In this document: positions 16,912-22,740 of the stretch, one piece after another
Numbering within the stretch: position 1 is the first letter of the stretch
Layout: each line of letters begins with the position of its first letter
NCBI GenBank assembly: GCA_016700375.1
Contig: CP065016.1
Location: forward strand, 480,001 to 512,000
From: Candidatus Saccharimonadota bacterium
GTDB lineage: Bacteria; Patescibacteriota; Saccharimonadia; Saccharimonadales; UBA4665
DNA: 32,000 nt
Direction of reading: 5' to 3'
Program-made: the position numbers and the translations under genes
Notes under the pieces: generated by a model
Seen by the model: the letters and a program-made list of their open reading frames with translations, nothing else
Databases searched by the model: none
Told to the model about the DNA's origin: nothing

Positions 16912-16915
16912 CGTA

Positions 16916-17191
16916 TTATAGTGAACGGAGATGCGCGAGAGCGTCTTGTGCGTGCATGGGCGCAGTTATATTACGTCCAGCCTTTCTATCCGCCCGCGCC
17001 TGGCGCGTCGCCTGCGCAAGTTCTTCCGTAGGAGTAAGCTCTGGCGCGAGCACTACCCTGCCCTCACGCATAGCTTGCTTGAGGATAATAGTTGCGAATG
17101 CATTGACTGTTAGACCCAGTGATTCAGCAAACTGAGCAACCTGCTGCTTAGTCGTTTTATCTGTTCGTATACTGATGATTGCATCACTCAT
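16916..17191 (-). CDS. RelB/DinJ-family antitoxin
   Basis: 91 aa. N-terminal IISIRTDKTTKQQVAQFAESLGLTVNAFATIILKQ is the DinJ/RelB ribbon-helix-helix pattern. It lies upstream of the RelE-like toxin on the same strand. Confidence 0.85.
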   Translation of the reverse strand: MSDAIISIRTDKTTKQQVAQFAESLGLTVNAFATIILKQAMREGRVVLAPELTPTEELAQATRQARADRKAGRNITAPMHAQDALAHLRSL

Positions 17192-17197
17192 ACCAAA

Positions 17198-17254
17198 AGT
17201 ATATCAAATGTATGACAAATGTCAATAGTCAATTTCTCTGTTATGCCCTATACT
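17198..17254. promoter_or_regulatory. Divergent promoter region for the antitoxin gene (minus) and the methyltransferase gene (plus)
   Basis: Minus strand: TTGACA (rc 17220-17225), 16-nt spacer, TATACT (rc 17198-17203), then 6 nt to ATG 17191. Plus strand: TAGTCA (17226-17231), 17-nt spacer, TATACT (17249-17254), then 7 nt to ATG 17262. Confidence 0.6.
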
Positions 17255-17261
17255 TGCGTGT

Positions 17262-18530
17262 ATGGTAAAAACTGTCTGTATACTTGGGCGGCAGCCGGCT
17301 CTTGGGCTGGCAGAGCTGGAAAGTCTCTACGGTGGAGATGCCGTTTCAGACATAGCACCCGGCATAGCCGGACTTATACTTGATATCCGCGAAGTAGATT
17401 TTGCGCGTTTGGGCGGCAGCACACGACTAGCAGCAGTCATTGGCGAGGTGCCAAGTAGTAGCTGGAAACAAGTTGAAAAAGCTCTGATAGGACTGGCTAA
17501 ATCCACCGCATTTACCCTCTCCACCTCTGGGAAATTTCACCTGGGATTGTCTGCCTACGGATTTGACGTGTCACCCGCCAAAATCAATGCTCTGGGGCTA
17601 ACGCTCAAAAAAGTGCTGCGTGCACGTCACGATGGTTCTGTCAGGCTTGTGCCAAACACCACGGCAGAACTAAGCACCGCACAAGTGTTTCATAGTCATC
17701 TTACAGACGAGCATGGCGCCGAACTTTTGATTATTAATTGCCAAAACAAAACTATCATTGCTCGAACAACCGCAGTTCAGGATATAGACGGCTACACCCT
17801 GCGCGACCGCGGCCGACCAAAACGCGATGCTCGTGTCGGCATGCTGCCTCCCAAACTCGCGCAAATCATCATTAATCTTGCTGTTGGCGAAGTTAGTTCT
17901 TGGCCGGCACAGTTGGATAGTCCCGCGCAAACCACTCGCCCGACTACCCGACTACCCGACTACCCGACTGTTGTCCTCGACCCGTTTTGCGGCACCGGTG
18001 TCGTACTACAAGAAGCCTTGCTTATGGGTTACAGCGCTTATGGTACCGACCTCGAACCGCGTATGATTGCGTACTCTGAAGCAAATCTCGACTGGCTCAC
18101 CGCCAAATACCAAATACTAGATACCAAATACTCCCTCCAAGCTGCCGACGCCACCACCCACCAGTGGCAAATTTCCAAATTCCAGACTCCAAATTCCAAA
18201 ATTGTTGTCGCCGGCGAAACTTACCTCGGCCGCCCTTTCACCGAACGACCGAGTTCAGCCATCCTCGCTCAAACCATAAGCGAAGTAAATCTTATCCTTA
18301 AACGGTTTTTGCAAAACATCCAGCCGCAGTTGCCCCAGGGCAGTCGCTTGTGCCTAGCTGTACCGTGCTGGTTTGATGGCCGCGAGCAAAAGCACCTGCC
18401 CTTCCTAGAACATATAAGAGGTATGGGTTTTGAGCGAGTCGCATTTCAGCGTGCAAGTAACGAAGACCTCATCTATCACCGCGAGGGGCAAATAGTCGGC
18501 CGTGAACTCGTGACATTACGCCGCACATAA
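17262..18530 (+). CDS. Trm11/COG1041-like SAM-dependent RNA (tRNA guanine-N2-type) methyltransferase with low-complexity insertions
   Basis: 422 aa. N-terminal LGRQPALGLAELESL; RDRGRPKRDARVGMLPPKLAQIIINLA precedes motif I LDPFCGTG. The motif IV position reads VVAGETYLG instead of DPPYG. Confidence 0.7.
   Translation: MVKTVCILGRQPALGLAELESLYGGDAVSDIAPGIAGLILDIREVDFARLGGSTRLAAVIGEVPSSSWKQVEKALIGLAKSTAFTLSTSGKFHLGLSAYGFDVSPAKINALGLTLKKVLRARHDGSVRLVPNTTAELSTAQVFHSHLTDEHGAELLIINCQNKTIIARTTAVQDIDGYTLRDRGRPKRDARVGMLPPKLAQIIINLAVGEVSSWPAQLDSPAQTTRPTTRLPDYPTVVLDPFCGTGVVLQEALLMGYSAYGTDLEPRMIAYSEANLDWLTAKYQILDTKYSLQAADATTHQWQISKFQTPNSKIVVAGETYLGRPFTERPSSAILAQTISEVNLILKRFLQNIQPQLPQGSRLCLAVPCWFDGREQKHLPFLEHIRGMGFERVAFQRASNEDLIYHREGQIVGRELVTLRRT
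17940..17969 (+). repeat. Tandem 8-bp repeat CCGACTAC, 3.75 copies, inside the methyltransferase CDS
   Basis: Read directly: ccgactac ccgactac ccgactac ccgact. It encodes PTTRLPDYPT just upstream of motif I. The unit length is not a multiple of 3. Confidence 0.9.
18174..18198 (+). repeat. Direct repeat TCCAAATTCCA x2 (14-bp period) inside the methyltransferase CDS
   Basis: tccaaattcca gac tccaaattcca encodes SKFQTPNSK. It shares the decamer CAAATTCCAA with the intergenic palindrome at 24717-24874. Confidence 0.85.
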
Positions 18531-18573
18531 GGTACACTAGGACTCTATGGAGAAATTAACAGGGGTGAGAAAA

Positions 18574-19224
18574 ATGATTCGTCCGGGCGACCTTGTTGTT
18601 GCGCTGTATATTTTTGGCATTATGGCTGCTGAACTTATGGGCGCAAAAACATTTGTTATCGGCCACTTGGGCGACTACACACTGCGTGCCAGTGTGGCAA
18701 TTTTCCTCATGCCGCTCCTCTTTACCCTTACCGATGTCGTTACGGAAGTACGCGGTAAAGAACGCGCCCGCAGTATGGTAGTGTCTGGCCTTGCCGTCAT
18801 AGTTTTGCTCGTTTTCTACACGGCACTGGCCACTGCCCTCCCGCCGTCGGCTCGTTCGGCCGGGACCGAAGCCTCGTACGACACCGTTTTTCATAACTCT
18901 ATTCGCATGTCTATTGCCAGTCTGATTGCCTTTGCGTCTTCGGCTTTTCTAGATATAGCCATCTTTGCGAAACTACGCGCCCGCATGCACAAACGCGCCC
19001 TTTGGTTCCGCAACAACGCTTCAAACTTCATCTCTCAGTTCGTTGATTCGCTCGTGTTCCTTACGGTTGCTTTTTACGCCCTTGGTGAAACGCTTGGCCA
19101 GAACATATCGTTTATATTTGGCCTGCTCCTACCCTACTGGCTACTTCGATGTGCAATGTCGCTCCTTACAACACCAATCGTCTATGCCGGCGTTCGATTA
19201 CTGCGCAGCGACAAAGCGCGCTAG
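18574..19224 (+). CDS. yhhQ: Queuosine-precursor transporter, VUT/YhhQ (DUF165) family
   Basis: The blocks PLLFTLTDVVTEVRGKERA, ASLIAFASSAFLDIAIFAKLR, RNNASNFISQFVDSLVFLTVAFY and PYWLLRC....TPIVY match the conserved YhhQ blocks. I prefer ATG 18574 (GGGGTGAG upstream). The track start is 18547. Confidence 0.85.
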   Translation: MIRPGDLVVALYIFGIMAAELMGAKTFVIGHLGDYTLRASVAIFLMPLLFTLTDVVTEVRGKERARSMVVSGLAVIVLLVFYTALATALPPSARSAGTEASYDTVFHNSIRMSIASLIAFASSAFLDIAIFAKLRARMHKRALWFRNNASNFISQFVDSLVFLTVAFYALGETLGQNISFIFGLLLPYWLLRCAMSLLTTPIVYAGVRLLRSDKAR

Positions 19225-19229
19225 TACCG

Positions 19230-19259
19230 TTGACTTTCAGGGGTAGTTTCCGGTATAAT
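19230..19259 (+). promoter_or_regulatory. Sigma-70-type promoter upstream of rpmA (implies a ~220-nt leader)
   Basis: TTGACT (19230-19235), 18-nt spacer, TATAAT (19254-19259). Confidence 0.55.
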
Positions 19260-19487
19260 TCCCCAAGATTGAGGTAAGAACTGTCAAAGCGACCGTACTT
19301 CCTCTTTATTTTAATAATTTATAAGCGTTACCAAACCACTGTTAAGGTCTGTCCACAGACGAGTGCAGTGCAAGGCGCCGCGGTGAAGCGCGCAGCGAGC
19401 CGTACTAAAGGTACGGTGAGCGAGCACTACCACCCGGCAACGCAGCAATGTGCCGTCTGTGGTCGACCGCACATCCAGGAGAATACT

Positions 19488-19760
19488 ATGTCACATGTTA
19501 AAGCCGGTGGTACTTCCAAGAATACGCGCGATAGCGTCGGTCAGCGCCTTGGCGTCAAGCGCTTTGGAGGCCAGGTCGTCAAAAACGGCGAAGTTATTGT
19601 TCGCCAAGTTGGCGCCACCAAGCGTGCCGGTACTGGTACGACCATGAGCCGCAACTTTACCATTCACGCCGCCAAAGACGGCACCGTAAAAATGCAAAGC
19701 CGCAAAGTCCGCACCTTCTCCGGCCGCTCCGTCCGCCGCACCGAAGTTACTGTAGAATAA
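19488..19760 (+). CDS. rpmA: 50S ribosomal protein L27
   Basis: MSHVKAGGTSKNTRDSVGQRLGVKRFGGQ.V..G..IVRQ.G is the L27 signature. AGGAG lies 7 nt upstream of ATG 19488. The in-frame upstream extension in the ORF track (19368) is rejected. Confidence 0.95.
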   Translation: MSHVKAGGTSKNTRDSVGQRLGVKRFGGQVVKNGEVIVRQVGATKRAGTGTTMSRNFTIHAAKDGTVKMQSRKVRTFSGRSVRRTEVTVE

Positions 19761-19779
19761 TCAATTTGACAGCACTTGT

Positions 19780-21240
19780 TTACAGCCTTGCGAGCGTACG
19801 CGGATCAATTTGTTGCGCACTATAAAGTGCCTTATCATTACCATATACAAGTCGTGAGGCGACAACATAAGCAAGTCCTTCGTGTATACGATAAACAGGC
19901 ATTGTTCCTTTGAGCCCATCACTTAGTTCTTCCTCAGCGGCGATATCTCTATAGTACGTAACCGGCAAGTCGTAGCCAGCGCCAGTGCCAGCGACCATGT
20001 CGGCTGCAAGCTGCGTAATAAGCTCACTTGTGCTTTTTTGTTCACCGTTTATATATGCATACCCGCCCCCTGCTCCTTGCCATGTTGCACCTCGAGGAAG
20101 TACAAGCTGACCAAGCTTTGGTGTTTCACTCGTATACGTAGCGTTGCCTAAGCGCGTAAAGCCAGGCAAACGCCTGCTTACGCCTGTGCCACCCTTTGAC
20201 ACCACCCCCTGCTTAGTTTGATCATACTGCGCTTCACCAGGCTGGTTATACCCAGGTTGAGTGTCATTACTAAATAGTTCCCTACGAGCACTCACGTATG
20301 GCAGTATTGCTTGCCTGTATGCTTCCCTAGTTGAACGCTGTGCCTCAGTTAGGGCAGCGTAAGCTTTTGTCCTTTCCGCCATTGCTGCGCTGTATGCCTG
20401 AGGACCCCTACCGGCCGCATCAGAAAGAGCAGCATCCGCTCTCGCAATATCGGCACTGTGGGCGTGCCTAATTTCATCAAGCTTACCCTTGAAAGGTGCT
20501 GCTATGGTCTGGAAAGCTGGGTCATCCTCAATAGCCTGAAAGCGTAGTTCTTTACTCGGTACAAGAGCATCAACTGGCCGTGCATCTTCTGGCTGACTAG
20601 CTGGGCTGTCCTGTACCTTCTCTGCTGAACCAAATTTTGCCCATGTGCCGTTTCCGCCCTCAGCACTCATACGCAAGCCGCCATCGGGATTGGCGGTAAA
20701 CGTAATATGTTCCCTTGAGGTTGCATTACCGTATCCTTCAGCTTTCGGCCACATTGCAGTAGCATCTACAAAATGTTCCTCATTTTTACGGCCAAGGCGC
20801 AACACCCCTGCACGCGGGTCAAGCCATTGGGGAGAAGATGATGGCGCAATCGCCATCTTGCCATTTTCATCAGATTGCAATCCTGCCAGTGCGTAATAAA
20901 TGGTGTTTTCTGGGGTTTTGCAGGCAAGAACTGCAAAATTTAAGGCTCCGACAAGTTTTTCCGTTGGCTCATCCCATTTTGTAGGGATACCGACTTCAGC
21001 AACGACCGTAATGGTGGTTCCATCCTGCAGAATCGATGGTTGATTAATATCTTCAGAGGGGTACAAAGACACGTCTGGGTTAATATCATAGGCGGCCCCA
21101 GTCTGAAGTTTATCCAAGCTAAACATATGCTGAAGCTCAAGCTGCTCTTGTGGAGTACTTGCCGTTTGGGTAAGATTAGCAGCGGCCGGGTTTGGACCTT
21201 CCATTACTGCGACTGGTGAATACGGAGATTGTTCGCTCAT
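19780..21240 (-). CDS. Hypothetical protein (486 aa from ATG 21240) with an FHA-like motif string and an Ala-rich helical middle region
   Basis: Long ORF with its own promoter. LRLGRKN...TSREHITFTANPDGGLRMSAEGGNGTWAKF resembles the FHA G-R...S-R-x-H...N-G-T pattern. No TM segment or signal peptide. Confidence 0.6.
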   Translation of the reverse strand: MSEQSPYSPVAVMEGPNPAAANLTQTASTPQEQLELQHMFSLDKLQTGAAYDINPDVSLYPSEDINQPSILQDGTTITVVAEVGIPTKWDEPTEKLVGALNFAVLACKTPENTIYYALAGLQSDENGKMAIAPSSSPQWLDPRAGVLRLGRKNEEHFVDATAMWPKAEGYGNATSREHITFTANPDGGLRMSAEGGNGTWAKFGSAEKVQDSPASQPEDARPVDALVPSKELRFQAIEDDPAFQTIAAPFKGKLDEIRHAHSADIARADAALSDAAGRGPQAYSAAMAERTKAYAALTEAQRSTREAYRQAILPYVSARRELFSNDTQPGYNQPGEAQYDQTKQGVVSKGGTGVSRRLPGFTRLGNATYTSETPKLGQLVLPRGATWQGAGGGYAYINGEQKSTSELITQLAADMVAGTGAGYDLPVTYYRDIAAEEELSDGLKGTMPVYRIHEGLAYVVASRLVYGNDKALYSAQQIDPRTLARL

Positions 21241-21263
21241 TTTTTGTTTTTTTCCTGAATATA

Positions 21264-21292
21264 ATAGTAGCACAAGCTTTATAATAAGTCAA
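21264..21292 (-). promoter_or_regulatory. Promoter of the 486-aa orphan gene (twin of 21935-21963)
   Basis: Minus strand reads TTGACT (rc 21287-21292), 17-nt spacer, TACTAT (rc 21264-21269). AGGAAAAA precedes ATG 21240. Confidence 0.6.
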
Positions 21293-21474
21293 TTAAGTTT
21301 TTTGTTACTATTAACCTGCCCCGCCTTATTTTAAGATGAGAAGATGTTCTATGTTTACAAGACCAGAGCGCCTCTAGGAAGTTCTCTTAGAGTATTGAGT
21401 GCCTACATGTATAGGTTAGTGCTTACCTAAATCTTTATTAGCGTGGTATTCATTCGTGTCACGAATTATCGGTA

Positions 21475-21897
21475 TTATTTTTTAAATAGACGTGTAGCTA
21501 GTCTACCTATTTTTTTTGGCGTACTTCCACTTTGTGCAGCTCCAGTTCGCTCGGAAGCGACTGCTGCTGCTTGTGTACGTGCCGCGTCTTCCTCCAACGC
21601 CCGGCCATGAACTATATCCATCACATCTTTTGGCGCTGCCTTGAAAAACATTGTTTTGCTGCTGGTCGGATGCGTAACGGAATAGTCATTTCCTGTCTGG
21701 GAAATTCGCTTTCCCTGTACATCATATACAGGCTGCCCTCCGGCAAGCGCGCTCCATGCCTGTGTAGCCGCCGCACGGGCATCATCACCCGCAGCATGAA
21801 GCGCATGGGCCTCTCCCTGAAGTCTTTGCATTTCATCGGCAGCCATTTCAGCAGCCATTTGTGCCCCTGTTAATACTGGTTGTGTTTCTGAAGTCAT
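21475..21897 (-). CDS. Hypothetical Ala-rich protein (140 aa from ATG 21897)
   Basis: ORF with AAGGAAAAG upstream of ATG 21897 (MTSETQPV...). The track's earlier ATG (21936) overlaps the predicted -10 box, so it is disfavoured. Confidence 0.5.
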   Translation of the reverse strand: MTSETQPVLTGAQMAAEMAADEMQRLQGEAHALHAAGDDARAAATQAWSALAGGQPVYDVQGKRISQTGNDYSVTHPTSSKTMFFKAAPKDVMDIVHGRALEEDAARTQAAAVASERTGAAQSGSTPKKIGRLATRLFKK

Positions 21898-21934
21898 TTC
21901 TTTTCCTTTTGAATTAGTTTTTAAACTGATTATC

Positions 21935-21963
21935 ATATTAGCATAAGTTTTTTAATAAGTCAA
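21935..21963 (-). promoter_or_regulatory. Promoter of the 140-aa orphan gene (twin of 21264-21292)
   Basis: Minus strand reads TTGACT (rc 21958-21963), 17-nt spacer, TAATAT (rc 21935-21940). Across the -35-to--10 block it is identical to the other promoter at about 25 of 29 positions. Confidence 0.6.
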
Positions 21964-21995
21964 TATTAGGATTAATGTATTGTTGGTATTACATG

Positions 21996-22021
21996 AAAAA
22001 GCCCCTTGTGCGGGGGCTTTT
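21996..22021 (-). terminator. Rho-independent terminator after the response-regulator gene (hairpin is symmetrical and could act bidirectionally)
   Basis: AAAAAGCCCC-ttgtgc-GGGGGCTTTT is a 6-bp G/C stem flanked by an A-run and a T-run, 17 nt downstream of the stop at 22038. Confidence 0.75.
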
Positions 22022-22037
22022 GAATACACGTGTTTGA

Positions 22038-22430
22038 TTATACGCCGAGGTGGAATTTTATGCGGTCTACGACGTCGCTCATGACAACTTGGCTTTTTAC
22101 CATGTAGTCATCTACGCCAAGGCCTTGGGCACGCTGCTTATCGCTTTCCTGGCTGAGTGCTGTGAGCATGACTATCTTTAGGTTAGCCGTTTCAGGGGTG
22201 TTACGCAGTATGTCCAGCACGTCAAAGCCGCTAATTTTGGGCATCATGGCATCGAGAACTACGAGGTTTGGTTTATAGTCTTTGGCTGCAGCCAGAGCCT
22301 CTTCTCCGTTTGCCACGCGGCGAATGTCGAACCCTTCGGCCTGTAAACGCGTTAAATAGGTGCTCGCAAGAGCATCATCGTCCTCTACAAGCAAAATCTT
22401 TTTCGGTTTTGGTACTGCTGTATCATCCAT
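22038..22430 (-). CDS. Single-domain CheY-like response regulator (canonical receiver)
   Basis: 130 aa from ATG 22430. It has LLVEDDD, NLVVLDAMMP (phospho-acceptor Asp), VMLTA and DDYMVKS (Lys), with no output domain. Confidence 0.9.
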   Translation of the reverse strand: MDDTAVPKPKKILLVEDDDALASTYLTRLQAEGFDIRRVANGEEALAAAKDYKPNLVVLDAMMPKISGFDVLDILRNTPETANLKIVMLTALSQESDKQRAQGLGVDDYMVKSQVVMSDVVDRIKFHLGV

Positions 22431-22437
22431 ACTGCTA

Positions 22438-22466
22438 ATGGTACTTGCATGAGAGACATGAGTCAA
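22438..22466 (-). promoter_or_regulatory. Promoter of the response-regulator gene, placed for a leaderless transcript
   Basis: Minus strand reads TTGACT (rc 22461-22466), 17-nt spacer, TACCAT (rc 22438-22443), then 7 nt to ATG 22430. Confidence 0.55.
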
Positions 22467-22493
22467 GAGACACATGAGAACAGAGTTAAGAGC

Positions 22494-22740
22494 GCGGCCG
22501 TAGGCCGCCAGAAATCATCGCGAAGCGATACAGCTAGAAATGGCACTCTGGAGCAATCCCGGCATGGCTGTTGTGGCTCGCTACAACAAATGCAAAAATG
22601 CGACGTGGCAGTGTTTTTGCGTTGTAGCATGTCACAACAGCCACAGAGATTGTGGAAGCCGTGCCGAGGTTTTCTGCTTCTCTTTTGTCGGCACAAAAGA
22701 GAAGTCGTAGTGCGGGCGCGAAAGCCCGCATTTGCTTTTG
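22494..22740 (+). ncRNA. Candidate structured non-coding RNA (unknown class) ending at a plus-strand intrinsic terminator; strand and 5' end uncertain
   Basis: No credible ORF. The hairpins, in order, are: GCGGCC-gta-GGCCGC (22494-22508); ATCGC-gaa-GCGAT (22517-22529); a 77-nt three-segment hairpin (22566-22642, 25 bp); mutually exclusive helices 22661-22694 and 22677-22704; and the terminator at 22711-22740. Confidence 0.3.
22711..22740 (+). terminator. Rho-independent terminator on the plus strand with no plus-strand gene upstream
   Basis: TGCGGGC-gcgaaa-GCCCGCA is followed by TTTGCTTTTG. On the minus strand the same hairpin has no U-tract. Confidence 0.55.

Noticed and set aside
19368-19487. 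N-terminal 40-codon extension of L27 suggested by the ORF track (130-aa ORF)
   Set aside because: It begins at a GTG with no SD and encodes Arg/Ala-rich, non-L27-like sequence. The canonical L27 N-terminus MSHVKAGGTSKN starts at ATG 19488 with AGGAG 7 nt upstream. The upstream open frame is better explained as a GC-rich structured leader lacking stop codons by chance.
21898-21936. ATG 21936 as the start of the small orphan protein (153-aa version)
   Set aside because: The predicted -10 box (rc 21935-21940) overlaps this codon, so a transcript from that promoter cannot contain it. ATG 21897 has an AAGGAAAAG SD-like sequence.
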